Source of the DNA: Mobula hypostoma
Taxonomy: Eukaryota
Length of the DNA: 64,000 nt
Reading direction: 5' to 3'
Assembly (NCBI RefSeq): GCF_963921235.1
Contig: NC_086097.1
Span: 246,328,001-246,392,000 of the forward strand
The translations under genes were made by a program, and so were the position numbers. Numbering within the stretch: position 1 is the first letter of the stretch; every line of letters begins with the position of its first letter. The notes beneath the pieces were generated by a model. It worked only from the letters and a program-made list of their open reading frames with translations. It searched no databases and was not told the origin of the DNA. Shown one piece after another: positions 25,890-39,574 of the stretch.

Positions 25890-26950
25890 ACACAAGATGC
25901 TTCCTAAACACTGCAGATACTGGAAATCCAGAGCAGCACACACACAAGATGCGGGAAGAACTCAGCAGGTCAGGCAGCATCTATGGAAATGAATAAACAA
26001 TCAACGTATCAGACCAAGATCCTTCATCATGATTTCAAAGGAAGGGGGAAAATGCCAGAATAAAAAGGTGGGGAGAGAGGAAGGAGAACAAGCTCAAAGG
26101 TGATAAGTGAAGCTAGGTGGGTGGGAAGGTAAAGGGCTGGAGAAGAAGGAATCTGATAGGAGAGAAGAATGGACTATAGGAGAAAAGGAAGTAGGAGGGG
26201 ACGCAAAGGGAGGTGATAGTCAGGTGAGGAAGAGAGGTAACTGGCCCGAGTGGGGAACAGAAGAGGGAAGGGGGAGGGATAAAAATTACCTGGAGAGATG
26301 CCATTAGGTTGGTAGCTACCTAGATGGAATATGAGGTGGTTCTCCTTCACCAAAAAAAGTGGGGTCTCCCACGGCCACCCATTCTAAATCCATTTCCTAT
26401 TCCCATTCCGATATGTCTATCCATGGCCGCCTCCACTGTCGTGACGAGGCCACACTTAGGTTGGAGGAACAACACCTTATATTCTGTTTGGGTAGCCTCC
26501 AACCTGATGGCATGAACATCAATTTCTTGAACTTATGGTAATACCCCCCACCACCCCTCTCCTTCACCATTTCCCATCCCCTTGCCCTCTTTCACTTCAT
26601 CTCCTTGCCCGCCCATCACTTCCCTCTGGTGCTCCTCCCCTCTTTTCTTTCTTCCATGACCTTCTGTCTCTTTCACCAAACATCTTCCCAGCTCCTAAGT
26701 TCATTCCTCCCCCTTCAGATTTCACCTATTAGCTTGTGTTCGGGGGCACCAGATACAATATATGTCCCAAACAGATTCGTAGGTGAAGCATTGCCTCACC
26801 TGGAAGGAGGTAAGGGAGGAGGTGGATGGGCAGGTGTAGCACCTCTGTCGCTTGCAGGGATATGTGCCAGGCAGGGAAATTAGTGGGGAGGGACAAATGA
26901 ACAAGGAAATCATGGAAGGATTCTCCACTTCCACTTGCTGCTTTGATGGG
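25890..26950. mobile_element. Penelope-like fragments in alternating orientation
   Basis: pLTR on minus (25890-26345), RLEEQHLIFCLGSLQPDGMN on plus (26359..26541), PGTYPCKRQRCYTCP on minus (26722..27000). Confidence 0.75.
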
Positions 26951-27613
26951 CAAATAATCACATGAAGATTAAAACAAAACTCCCCCATGGATGGCCCCAA
27001 GTCCGGTTGTGAAAGGAGGACTCTAGCAGATTTCTACAAATGTATCATGGAGAGCATTCTGACTGGTCACATGCCGTCAGAGAGGAGATCTGCTATCAGG
27101 TAGAAGGTACAGGTGCCTCAGGACTCACACCACCAGGCTCTAGAACAGTTACTCTCCCTCAACTATCAGGGTCTTGAACAAAGGGGAAAACTACAACCAT
27201 TGAAGGACTCGTTCATCTTGTTATTTCATGCTTGTTATTTATTGCTATTTATTTATGATCTGCATTTGTATAGTTTGTTCACAGTTCCTGGTGTTTACAG
27301 ATCCTGCTTACAGTTTCTGTTCAACAGATTTGCTAAGTATGCCTGCAGAAAAACAATCTTAGGGGTGTATATGGTGACTCTGATAACAAATTTTATTTTG
27401 AACTTGAACCTTGAAGATGTGCATTCAACGATTTAGGAACAGCTGTATTCCCTTTGCCGTCAGTTTTCTGAATGACCCATGAACACTACCTCACGATTTT
27501 GCTCTCTTTTTGAACTACTTATTCATTTTTATATGTTTTTGATTGTTACTTATCTAATTTTTAAATGTATTGCACTGTTTTCCTATTGCAAAGTAACAAA
27601 TTTCACAATATAT

Positions 27614-28115
27614 ACCCAGTGGCCACTTTATTAGGTACATTGTTCATACAAATATCTAATAAGCCAATCATGTGGCAGCAACTCAATGCACAAAAGCACA
27701 CAGACGTGGTCAAGAAGTTCAGTTGTTGTTCAGACCCAACAGCAGAATGGGGGAAGAAATGATTTTGACAATGGAATGATCGTTGGTGCCAGATGGGGTG
27801 GTTTGAGTATCTCAGAAACTGCTGATCTCTTGGGATTTTCACACACAACAATCTTTAGTGTTTTTACAGAGAACGGTGCAAAAAACCCAAAAAAAACATC
27901 CAGTGAGCAGCAGCTTTGTGGGTGAAAATGCCTTGTTAATGAAAGGTCAGAGAATGGTTCAAGCTGACAGGAAGGCGACAGTACCTCAAATAACCACACG
28001 TTACAACAGTGATGTGCAGAAGAATATCTCTGAACGTCAAACCTTGAAGTGTGGGCCACAGCAGAAGACTGCACCAGGTTCCACTGCAGTGGACACTTTA
28101 TTAGGTACACCTGTA
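27614..28115 (+). mobile_element. Tc1-derived element, same family as 4048-5130, right TIR lost
   Basis: Left end CAGTGGCCACTTTATTAGG after TA; DFDNGMIVGARWGGLSISETADLLGFS; inserted in a Rex1 tail. Confidence 0.8.
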
Positions 28116-28254
28116 TGTCAGTGATAATAAACTTGTTTCTCATTTTTTACTTCCACAATGAACATGGTTTGCCTGATTCCAGTGGCCTTTTTGATCACTT
28201 TTTATAAGAATCAAGAAGTCTCTAGGATGTTGTGGAAAGATGATATCACAAGGC

Positions 28255-29220
28255 CTGGATAACATAGAGTTCCTGTTGTCCTTAACTACCATCCCATCAG
28301 CCTCCACAACCAACACATTATCCTCCGCAACTTCCATCATCTCCAAAGGGTTCCTACCACTAAACATATCTTTACCTCCACACCCCTCTCTGCTTTCCAC
28401 AGCAATTCCTCTGCGATTCCCTTGTCCATTCACCCCTCCTGGCACTTACCCCTGTAAGCGGGCTAAATGCTACACCTGCCCATTCACCTCCTCCCTCATC
28501 TCCATTCAAGGCCCCAGACAGTTCTTTCAGGTGAGGCAACACCTCACCTGCAAATCTGCTGGTGTCATCTGGAGCTCCTGATACGGCCTCCTCTACATTG
28601 GTTACACCCATCGTAAATCGGGGGACCATATCGTAGAACACACCATCTTCTCCTACAAGCGGGAATTCTCAGTGGCCAAATGTCTTAATTCCGATTCCCA
28701 TTCCCGTTCCAACATGTTGGTCCATGGTCCCAACTTGTGCCAAGATGAGGCCATTCTCAAGGTGGAGAAGTAACACCTTACCTTCCGTCTGGGTAGCCCC
28801 CAACCTGATGGCATGAATAGCGCTATTTCCTTCTGATAAGCAAGTTTCCCACCCCCACTTCCTCTTTTTCCCACTTTGACCTTTTATGTCTTCTCACCTG
28901 GCTATTACTTTCCCCTGGGTCCTCTCCTCCTTCCCTTTCTCCTATGGACCACTCTCCTCCTATCAGATTCCTTCTTCTCCAACCCTTGATCTTTCCCATC
29001 CATCTGGCTTACCCTACCACATTTCAGCGAGCCTCTTTCCTATCATCAACCTTTTTATTCTGGCATCATTCCCCTTCCTTCTCAGTCCCGATGAAGCGTC
29101 TCAGCCTGAAACATCGACTGTTTAATTATTTCCATAGACGGTGCCCGACTTGCGGAGTTCCTCCAGCATTTTGTGTTTGTTGCTTTGGAGCTCCAGCATC
29201 TGCAGACTTTTTCATGTTTA
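28255..29220 (+). mobile_element. Decayed Penelope-like 3' fragment
   Basis: PGTYPCKRAKCYTCPFTS..IQGPRQFFQVRQHLTC; pLTR with mutated hammerhead at 29084-29119. Confidence 0.8.
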
Positions 29221-29299
29221 GTCTCTGAACACTAGTTTTTAGTCATTTCTATACAGATAACATTTTTGATTCTGGAACTAATAGTGTAAAATAATATCA

Positions 29300-31432
29300 A
29301 AGTGGATAGTAAAAGTTTTTTTTTCCAAGTATGCTAAAAAATAAAAGAGAAATGAGAGTGGATATAGGACCGCAGGAAAATGAAGCAGGAGAAATAATAA
29401 CAGGGTACAAGGAGATGTTCCGGCTGGTGGCGCAGTGACATCAGTGCCGGACTCCGGAGTGAAGGTTCCCGAGTTCGAATCCAGTCGGGCTGCTCCCGGG
29501 CACACTTTCCATCCGTGCCGGGTTGAGTGTCGATCTCGCAACTCGACCTTGTTAAAAAAAAACTGCGCTGTGAGAAGGACGTGGGGGACCAGTCACAGAA
29601 TCTTTCCTCCAAGACACCCACTTGAAAAAGTGGTCGCCGAGGCTCTGGCAGAGTATGGCACACACAAAAAAAACCAAGGAGATGGCTGATAAACTAAATG
29701 AGTATTTTGCATCAGTCTTCACTGTGGAAGACACTAGCAGTATGCCTGATGTTGTAGTGTGTGAAGGAAGAGAAGAGGGTGCAGTTACTGTTACAAGGGA
29801 GAAGGTGCGCAAAAAGCTGAAAGACCTAAAGGTACATAAGTGACCCTGACCAGAGGAACTGCACCCTAGAGTTCTGAAAGAGGTAGTGTTAGAAATTGTG
29901 GCAGCATTAGAAATTGTCTTTCAAAATCACTGGACTCTGGCATGGTGCCAGAGGATTGGAAAATTGCAAATGTCACTCCATTCTTTAAGAAAGAAGGATG
30001 GCAGTAGAAAGGAAATTATAGACCAGTCAGCCTGACCTCAGTGGTTGGGGAGATGTTGGAGTCAATTGTTAAGGATGAGGTGATGGAATACTTGGTGACA
30101 CAGGACAAGACAGTACAAAGTCAGCATGGTTTTCTTCAGGGAAAATCCTGCCTGATGAACCTGTTGGAATTCTTTGAGGAGATTACAAGTAGGGTAGATA
30201 AAGGGGATGCAGTGGATGTTGTATATTTGGACTTTCAGAAGGCCTTTGACAAGATGCCACACATGAGGCTGCTTACCAAATTAAGAGCCCATGGTATTAC
30301 AGGGAAGTTACTAACATGGCTAGAGTATTGGCTGATTGGTAGGAGGCAATGAGTGTGAATAAAAAGATCCTTTTCTGGTTGGCTACCAGTGACTAGTGGT
30401 ATTCCGTGGGGGTCGATGTTGGGACCGGCCCCTGCTGTGTATGTTTTTATGCTGTATATCAATGATTTGGATGATGGAATAGATGGCTTTGTTGACAAGT
30501 TTGCAGATGTACAAAGATTGGTGGAGGGGTAGGTGGTGTTGAAGAAATGGGTAAGATGCAGAAGGACTTAGACAGATTAGGAGAATGGGCAAGAAAGTGG
30601 CAAATGAAATATAATGTTGGAAAATGCATGGTCATGCACTTTGGTAGAAGAAATAAATGTGTGGACTATTTTCTAAACAGGGAGAAAATCCAAAAATCTG
30701 AGATGCAAAGGGACTTGGGAGTCCTTGTGCAGAAAATCCTAAAGGTTAAGTTGCCGGTTGAGTTGGTGATGAGGAAGGCAAATGCCATGTTCGCATTCAT
30801 TTCAAGAGGTCTAGAATACAAGAGCACGGATGTATTGCTGAGGCTTTATAAGGCAGTGGTGAAGCCTCACCTTGAGTATTGTGAACAGTTTTGGGTCTCT
30901 CATTTTAGAAAAGATGTGCTGGCATTGGAGAGGGTCCAGAGGAGGTTCACAAGGATGATTCCAGGAATGAAAGGGTTTACATATGAGGAACATTTGATGG
31001 CTCTGGGTCTGTACTCACTAGAATTTAGAAGGATGAAGGGGAATCTCATTAGAACCTTTCAAATGTTGAAAGGCCTAGACAGAGTAGATGTGTAATGGAT
31101 GTTCCGATGGTGGGAGAGTCTAGGACAAGAGGACACAGCCTCAGGATAGAGAGGCGCTCTTTCAAAACAGAGATGTGGAGAAATTTCTTTAGCCAAAGGG
31201 TGGTGAATATGTGGAATTTGTTGCCACATACAGCTGTGGAGGCCAGGTTGTTGGGTGTATTTAAGGCAGAGATTGATAGGTTCTTGATTGGACATGGCAT
31301 CAAAGGTTACGGGGAGAAGGCCGGGAACTGGGGTTGAGGAGGAGAAAAATAAAGGATCAGCCATGACTGAATGGTGGAGCAAACTCGATGGGCCAGATGG
31401 ACTAATTCTGCTCCTATGTCTTATGGTCTTAG
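29300..31432 (+). mobile_element. 5'-truncated CR1 LINE
   Basis: RT ORFs 30041..30352, 30547..31095, 31095..31337; ...ttatggtctt tail. Confidence 0.9.
29418..29674 (+). mobile_element. tRNA-derived SINE with A-tail and 10-bp TSD
   Basis: A box TGGCGCAGTGA, B box GTTCGAATCC; TSD CAAGGAGATG at 29408-29417 and 29675-29684. Confidence 0.85.
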
Positions 31433-33169
31433 TCTATGTACAACAGACAGACAAGCACATGCCATCAGCTTCCCTCCTTCACTTCCTAACCTAGTTAAGT
31501 ATTCCAAAAGGTTACTAGTGCTGGAACCCTGGAACCAGATTGCATTCTGGAGCAGAATGAAGAGCATCACCGTCAGTATGGAGGCGCAATGCACAGGATC
31601 AGAAAGAACTGCTGAACTGCAGCCAGCTCTATCATGGGTATCATAGACCCCCAGCACCTAGGACATGCCCTCTTCTTGTTGCTGCCATCAGGAAGAAGGT
31701 ACAGGAGCCCCAGGACTCACATCACCAGGTGCAGGAACAGTCACCACCACTCAACCATGAGGCTCTTAAACCAAAGGGGACAGCTTCACTTGCCCAAACA
31801 CTGAAATGTTCCCACACCTATGGACTCACTTTCAAGGATTCTTCATCTCATGTTCTCGATCTTTATTTCTTATTTATTTATTATGATTATTTCTTTCTTT
31901 TTGTATTTGCACAGTTTTGTTGTATCTTACAGTCTGGTTGAATGCCCAAGTAGGTGTGGTCTTTCAATGATTCTGTTATGGTTTTTATTTTTTAGATTTA
32001 TTGAGCATGCCCACAAGAAAATGAATCTCAGGTGACACGTATGTACTTTGAAGTTTGAGCCTCCTCACCATCGAGGAGATCTTCAAAAGGTGATGCCTCA
32101 AGAAGGCAGCATCCATCACTAAGTGCCCTCACCACCCAGGTCATGCCCTCTTCTCATTTCATCTATTTCCCTATATGGCTGAGGTAAAACACCAAATTTC
32201 ACAGTATTCGTCAGTGAAAATAATCCTGATTCTGAGAAGAAATAAGAATGAACAACATTGGGACCAATGAGATTCTCAGATTGCTTTTATTGGTTATGCA
32301 GCTCTTCCACGTCTGATGCAATTATGGCAGCAAGTTTGCACAAATTCCCTTTAGGAAGAGCCACCATTGTTTATATATGTAGGTTGAAAATGGGGAGAGA
32401 GGAATTTGTTATGACATATAGCGACAGATTACCTAAACTGACGTCTCCCACGTAATTCTCTAAAAGAGTGACTATTGCTTAAGGTGTGGTCATGCAAAGA
32501 ATGTAGCCCTGACTCGACACCACACTATGCTACCAAATTATACAGTGCATCTTAAACATGTTGTTCGAAGGATTATAGTAACAAAACTAGCATGAGGATG
32601 ATTCAACACACACTGAAAAGTACAGACAAGGTGGGAACTAAAGGCTGCACTCAGTAATGGGAAAACTTGTGGAAAACAACAACATGTGGCAAAATTAATT
32701 GCTATTTGGAAAATACGGGCTAATGTTGTAAATATATGTTGAAACTAGCTTGACGCTTCATGAGATGCAATAACATAAGACCTGTCATTCTATCATGTCC
32801 CTTTCAACCCCATTTTCCTGCCTTCTCCCCATAACCTGTGAAACCCTGACTAATCAAGAACCTATTGATCTCCACTTTTACAATACACAATGACTTGGCC
32901 ACCACAGCTGCTACAATGAATTCCACAGATTCACCACCCTCTGGCTAAAGAAATTCATCTTCACCCCCGTTCTAAAATATATATCAAATGTTTTCTCATA
33001 GCAATATGTAGAAAAAATGTCTCACACAGAATTCATATCATAATAAAAAACTTAGAGGTATTTTGTGATTCTTAAGACCTGTGAGAGTGTTCTAATTTTA
33101 CATCCTGATATCCATCCATTATTTGGAACGCAGGCAAGAATTTGATGACTTCTACTGCTAAGTAAGTGG

Positions 33170-33249
33170 CAGTGCTCCCCAGTTTGGGTCCCACGGACCC
33201 GTTGCTTAATGGTATTGGTCCATGGCATAAAAGAGGTTGGGAACCCCTG
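33170..33249. mobile_element. 80-bp hAT(Charlie)-like MITE
   Basis: Right end GGTTGGGAACCCCTG; paralog of 63091-63170; TSD not preserved. Confidence 0.6.
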
Positions 33250-33929
33250 GATATGATTCTCACTTTGGGAGAAAAATGTGAACATGCGAGTGGTGCCAGG
33301 TTCAAATCCCAAACAAGCCCTCTGATAGGGCACCACCATTAACGTGACACTGTTACAGCTCTGGGCTTCATAGTTCACAGTTCAGTTCCAGCGTCCTCTG
33401 TAAAACAAAGTTTGTACATTCTTCCCGTGTGTGCGTGGGTCTTTGTAAATTGTCCTGTGATTAGGCCGGGGTAAACTAGGTGGGTTGCTGAGCAGTGCGG
33501 TTCGTTGGGCCGGAAAGGCCTGTACTTTGTTGGGTCTCTAAATGGAAAACAAAATTAACTCCGAGAACTTGGGATGGTGTTCTGCACCTTAATGAGGGTG
33601 GCTGCTGGCCTCAATAAAGAGGGTTTATTGGCTTCAATAAAATGACATTAATTGTTACATAAAGTAGAGGTGACTGGGAAAAGAGCAGAGGTTACAAGAG
33701 GATGAATTCTTTTACACAATCATCTATTTTAGTCTGGAATGCAGTGTGCAAAATACATAGATTCATTAACTTCCAAGGAGAAACATTAGAACAATTTAAG
33801 AGCTGCAGAGTGGGACAAGGTGGATAGCTTTTTCCAATACTAGTACAAGCCTAATGGAATGAATAGACATCTCCTGTGCTGTATTTAGCATTGCACAGTG
33901 AAAGATAAAAAATAGTTTAACATTTCACA

Positions 33930-34410
33930 GAGTTATAGAGGAGTACAGCACAGAAACAGGCCCCAGTCCATGGCCAAAACACTTAAATTGCCTACTCCCA
34001 TCGATCTGCACCGCGACCATAGCCCTCCATACCCCCACTATCCATGTTCCCATTCAAACTTCTCTTTAACACTGTAATTGAGCTCACACGCATCATTTGC
34101 GCTGGCAACTTGTTCTGCACTCTCTATATGAAGAAGCTTCCCCTCATGCTTCCCTTAAACATTTCACCTTTCACCTTTAACCCATGACCTCTGGTTGGGA
34201 TCTCACCTAACTTCAGTGGGAAAAGCCTGCTTGTATTTACCTTATCCGTATCCCTCATAATTTTGTATACCTCTATTAAATCTCCCCTCAATCTTCTACG
34301 TTCCAAGGAATAAGGTCCTAACCTATTCAACCTTTCCTTATAACTCAGGTCCTCCAATTCTGGTAAATTTTCTCTGTACTCTTTCAGCGTTATTTACATC
34401 TTTCCTGTAG
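33930..34410 (-). mobile_element. CR1 3' fragment
   Basis: ORF 34124..34357 SLERRRLRGDLIEVYKIM. Confidence 0.85.
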
Positions 34411-34984
34411 GAAAGTGTACACTGACACAGAATTGGTAGTCTTGTGGGCAAAGCAGAAGATTGCCAAAGGATACACGGGGATATAGATCAAAGATTAAAG
34501 ATTAGCATCATTTTTCACATATAAATTGAAACAGCAAACATTCAGTGAAATATGTAATTTGCATCAATGACCAACACAGTCTGAGGATTGTGCTGGGGCT
34601 GTCTGACAGCATCACCATGCTTCTAGTGTCAAGACTGCATGCCCACACCCACTGACCCTAACCTGCTGATCTTTGGAATGTGGAAGGTACTGGAATGTGA
34701 GTGGAAACTCACGCGGTCACGCGGCGAACATGCAAACTCCTTACGGACAGCAGCGGGAATCAACCCTCAACTGGTGATTGCTGGCAATGTAAAGCGATTG
34801 TGCTAAACACTATGTAACCACACCATTCCGTGTTTAACAGCTGCTCTTACTATCGCTGGATTAGCATTAATATTTATCATTGTCAGACTAACAGTGACAT
34901 TTTAATAGTGTATTAGCAACAGGACTATTTAACATTGACAATTCTATTTCGTATTACTGACAGAGCAAGCTAAACATTTTATTA

Positions 34985-35320
34985 GACCATAAGACCATAA
35001 GACAAAGGAGCAGAAGTAGGCCATTCAGCCCATCGAGTCTGCTCTGCCATTTTATCATGAGCTGATCCATTTTATCCTATTTAGTCCCACTGCCCCGCCT
35101 TCTCACCATAACCTTTGATGCCCTGGCTACTCAGATACCTATCAATCTCTGCCTTAAATACACCCAATGACTTGGCCTCCACTGCTGCCCGTGGCAACAA
35201 ATTCCATAGATTCACCACCCTCTGACTAAAAAAATTTCTTCGCATTTCTGTTCTGAAAGGGCGCCCTTCAATCCTGAAATCATGCCCTCTCGTACTAGAC
35301 TCCCCCATCATGGGAAACAA
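34985..35320 (-). mobile_element. CR1 3' fragment
   Basis: ORF 35081..35320; (agaccata)n tail. Confidence 0.85.
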
Positions 35321-35454
35321 TATTAAATATTGTTGGATTAACAGTGTTACCCAGTATCAGTGGATTAACACCATTACTCAGTTTCAGAACTATTTAGCAC
35401 TTTTACTAATTCTGGATTAGCAGTATGTCTTACTACCACTAAGATTTTCGATCA

Positions 35455-35841
35455 TTCGTTATATGCTGTGTTGTATCACGTGGGCGATCATGTTCTTTCC
35501 ATGACCGTGATTGTTCTTGGGAAAATTTTCTACAGAGATGGTTTGCCATTGCCTTCTTCTGGGCAGTGTCTTTACAAGACAGGTGACCCCAGCCATTATC
35601 AATACTCTTCAGAGATTGTTTGCCTGGTGTCAGTGGTCGCTTAACCAGGACTTGTGACATGCACCGGCTACTCATACGACCATCCACCACCTGCTCCCAT
35701 GGCTTCATGTGACCCTGTTTGGGGGTGGAGGGGGGTTCTAAGCAGGTGCTACACCTTGCCCTAAGGTGATCTACAGGCTGTCAGAGGGAAGGATCACCTT
35801 ACACCTCCTTTGGTAGAGACATACCTCCACCCCAACACCCG
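35455..35841 (-). mobile_element. About 400-bp non-autonomous retroelement, (GAT)n-tail family, copy 1
   Basis: Homologous to 39575-39968 (+) and 50948-51433 (-); contains GAAGGCAATGGCAAACCA motif familiar from RTE/Vingi-related elements. Confidence 0.75.
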
Positions 35842-36969
35842 ACTAGGATAATAATGCTACTAAATATCTTTGTAGTAAAGATCACTATATAACATTAGCA
35901 GGTTAACATTACTGAATCAATAGAAGTTATCACTATGTAACAGCACTAATAAATAGTCTTGGATGGTCAATAGCAAGTAACCACATACAGTCAGAGCACA
36001 ATGCACAGAAACAGGAACTTTGGCCCATCTAGGTGTCAAACTCATATTCTTCCTAGTTCCATTGGCTCACATCTGGAACATATCCGTCTATACCCCTCCC
36101 ATTTATGTACAGTACTCCCTTTTAAACATTGAAGTCTTCAGCTTCTGCAGGCAGCTCATTCCATACTCTCACCACCCTCTGAAAGAAAAGGGTTCCCCTC
36201 ATGTTCTTCTTCTATTTTTCACCTTTCACCCTTAACCCATAACCTCTAGTTGTAATGCCACCTAACTTCAGTGGGAAAAGCCTGCTTGCCTAACCTATTC
36301 AACCTTTCCCTATAACTCAAGTCCTCCAGACCTGCATTATTCTTCTGAATTTTTTCTGCACTCTTTTAATCTTATTAATATTTAAACATTAGGATTGATA
36401 TCCTATTAGAAAGCTATCAATAAGATTGAAAAAAGTGCAGAGATTTACTATTGTAGGTTTAGTAACCCTGAGCAAGTACGAAGATGGACTGATGCTGTGA
36501 CTTATTTATTTAGTTAAACATAACACACATGGTTAAAACTGAGTCTGAATTATTTAATAACACTACCTTAACAAAATTACTTGAGAGTACTGGATTATTT
36601 TGTTAGATAAATTATATCAATGTAATGATATTACTTAATTCCACAGGGCAATTATGCAATGTCCTAGTTATGGATTAAAAACAAAGAACGATCCATAACA
36701 TTTATTGGAGATCTCTTTTATTTCGCAAAACAGGGTGGAGTAGGCCCTTTCAGTACACCTCCCCAGTAACCCAACAACCCTGATTAACCCTAACCTAATC
36801 ACGGGACAATTTACAATGACCAATTAACCTACCCGGAATGTCTTTGGACATCAGAGGAAATCAGAGGACCCGAAGAAAACCCATTTAAAGAACTACTTAA
36901 TGTCAAATGATAAACAGGAGTTTTTAATATGGCTCGAATAACTGAGTAACATTAGATTAAGAGTATCTC

Positions 36970-37497
36970 GGAGAGGACCACAATCTTATTGTGGATTGGA
37001 GGCTTGTGTGCCTCAGTCACCTGGACAGCAATGTTGGCTGGAGTTAGTACTCTCTGTTTTGGCTCTTCTTAGGGTCACCCACGGCAAACAGGTCAAAGGG
37101 TAGAGGCGAGAGTAAGAGTGGTTCACTAGTCCTCCAGGTTCGGGGGTTCAGCTCTGGACTAACAACACTGACTGGTAAAACAAAACTGTTACAGAAACAG
37201 CAATGAAAAGTCTTTCTATATGTGTGATGGAAAAACCTTCACTGATGCCCTAAACACCTGCAGCTTTTATGGCAACAGCAACGAACAATCCTCCTACATC
37301 TGCATATGACGGTTGTCCTGAGTCTCCACCTGGGACATGCATGACTGACAGTAGTGAAAACCAAGAGGAAGCTACTGACATGATGAAGGAAGCCCTGAAC
37401 ACCACAAACACCAAGACAAATGGCAGACAGAGATGGAAGACCTTCATTGCTGCCCTAAATGCCAGTAGGCATTACAAGCAGTAAGCAAGTAAGTAAA
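36970..37497 (+). mobile_element. Internally deleted RTE-clade derivative (5' UTR joined to 3' end)
   Basis: RTE/Expander-like 5' UTR (ggcttgtgtgcctc...ggtcacccacggcaaacagg), 3' end RQRWKTFIAAL, (GTAA)n tail; relatives at 41262-41560 and 50215-50500. Confidence 0.65.
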
Positions 37498-37718
37498 ATT
37501 AAGAATAGTAGTCGTAGATTAGTAATGCTGCCTAATACTACAGGATTAGAAATGCTAATTAATATTACTGGGTTAACAGCCATATGCACTGCAACAGGAT
37601 TAAGGTATTCTAATAGGATTAATAGGAAGGCTTACAGAACTATATAGATTTGCTGATTAACAGAACATGAGATGGTACAGCACAGTGCCGACCCTTTAAC
37701 CTACTCTAAAATCAATCT

Positions 37719-38458
37719 AAACACGAGGAAATCTGCAGATGCTGGAATTTCAAGCAACACACACAAAAGTCGCTGGTGAATGCAGCAGGCCAGGCAGCAT
37801 CGCTAGGAAGAAGTACTGTCAACGTTTCGGGCCGAAATCCTTCGTCAGGACTAACTGAAAGAAGAGCTAGTAAGAGATTTGAAAGTGGGAGGGGGAGAAA
37901 TGATAGGATTTCCAAAATGATAAGAGAAGACAGGAGGGGGAGGGATGGAGCCAAGAGCTGGACAGTTGATTGACAAAAGGGATATGAGAGGATCATGGGA
38001 CGTGAGGCCTAGGGAGAAAGAAAAGGGGAGGGAAGCCCAAAGGATGGGCAAGGGGTATAGTGAGAGGGACAGAGGGAGAAAAAGGAGAGAGAGAAAAAGA
38101 ATGTGTGTATATAAATAAATAACGGATGGGGTACGAGGGGGAGGTGGGGCATTAGCGGAAGTTTGAGAAGTCAATGTTCATGCCATCAGGTTGGAGGCTA
38201 CCCAGATGGAATATAAGGTGTTGTTCCTCCAACCTGAGTGTGGCTTCATCTTTACAGTAGAGGAGGCCGTGGATAGACATATCAGAATGGGAATGGGACG
38301 TGGAATTAAAATGTGTGGCCACTGGGAGATCCTGCTTTCTCTGGTGGACAGAGCGTAGGTGTTCAGCGAAATGATCTCCCAGTCTGCGTCGGGTCTCGCC
38401 AAATATATAGAAGGCCGCATCGGGAGCACCGGACGCAGTATATCACCCCAGCCGACTT
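37719..38458 (-). mobile_element. Well-preserved Penelope-like 3' fragment (GIY-YIG plus pLTR)
   Basis: Near-identical to 53051-53888 and 56072-56830. Confidence 0.9.
37817..37852 (-). ncRNA. Minimal type I hammerhead ribozyme motif
   Basis: Minus strand AGTC-CTGACGA-AGGATTTCGGCCC-GAAAC-GTT-GAC. Confidence 0.65.
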
Positions 38459-39574
38459 CTGGGGTAGATTATCAACATATTAATTTCACTATAGCAACAA
38501 TATTTAATATATCTGGAATCACAAGGTTCTTTATACTGCTGAATTAATATCTTCACTTAATATTAATGAATTAATACAGAATTCAATACTGCATCAATAA
38601 ATAATCCCTAATTATACTGGCTAATTAGTCATAAAATTGGGTGCCTTCGGCCCAACTGGTCCATGCTCACCACAGCATCCTCCCTGCTAGTCCCAGTTCC
38701 CTGCGTTCACCCCATAACCCTCAAGCCCTTCCCCTCCATATATCTATCTAAATGCCTCTTAAATGTTGTAATTATACCTGCCTCGACCACTTCCTCGGGC
38801 CCCTTGTTCCAGATACTCATGCCCCTCTCTATAAAAGAAGCTTCACATTTCTCTCCTCTTGTCTTGCATCTGTACTCTCTAGTTTTTGATTCCCCTCTCT
38901 GAGGAAAGATCTATGACTGCTCACCTTATTCGTACCCATCATGATTGATTTAAACCTCTATGAGGTCACCCCTCTTTCTTCTGTGCTGCACTCTGCCAAC
39001 CTCCCCTATAACTCAGGCCCTCCAGTCCAGGTAGCACCATGGTAGATCTCTTCTCCAGTGTGACAGTGTCTTTCTGTAAACTACACTTGTACTTCCAGGT
39101 CCCTCTGTTCCACAACATTGAGCACTGCACTTCCAATCACTATCTAAGTCTGGTTCAGCTGCCCAAAATGCGTTACATACAGGTTAGGATTACGATGCTG
39201 TGGACAAGCTCTGATGACACCTGAAACATGATGGCACTTGCGGACACTGCAGCTGAGGTACTGTCAATGTGACATACAATTCAAAGTGCATAATTGGTAA
39301 ATTGGCTTATTATAGTCACATGTAGCAACATACAGGGAAAATCCTGTCTTGCACAATGTTCATACAGACCAATTCATTACAACAGTGCATTGAGACAGTA
39401 CAAGGGAAAATAATTACAGAGTGCAGAGTAGAGTGTAGCAGTTAGAGAGAAAGTGCATTACAGGTAGACAATAAGGTGCAATTCATAATGAGGTAGATTG
39501 TGAGGCAAGCAGTCGATCTTAGCCTATCAGTGGACTACTCATGTTGCCTTATAACAGTGGTATAGAAGCTTTAT

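Noticed and set aside
29421..29495. Possible tRNA-Arg(CCG) gene
   Set aside because: Poor stem pairing, no oligo-T terminator, continues into a body with A-tail and TSD, so it is a SINE head
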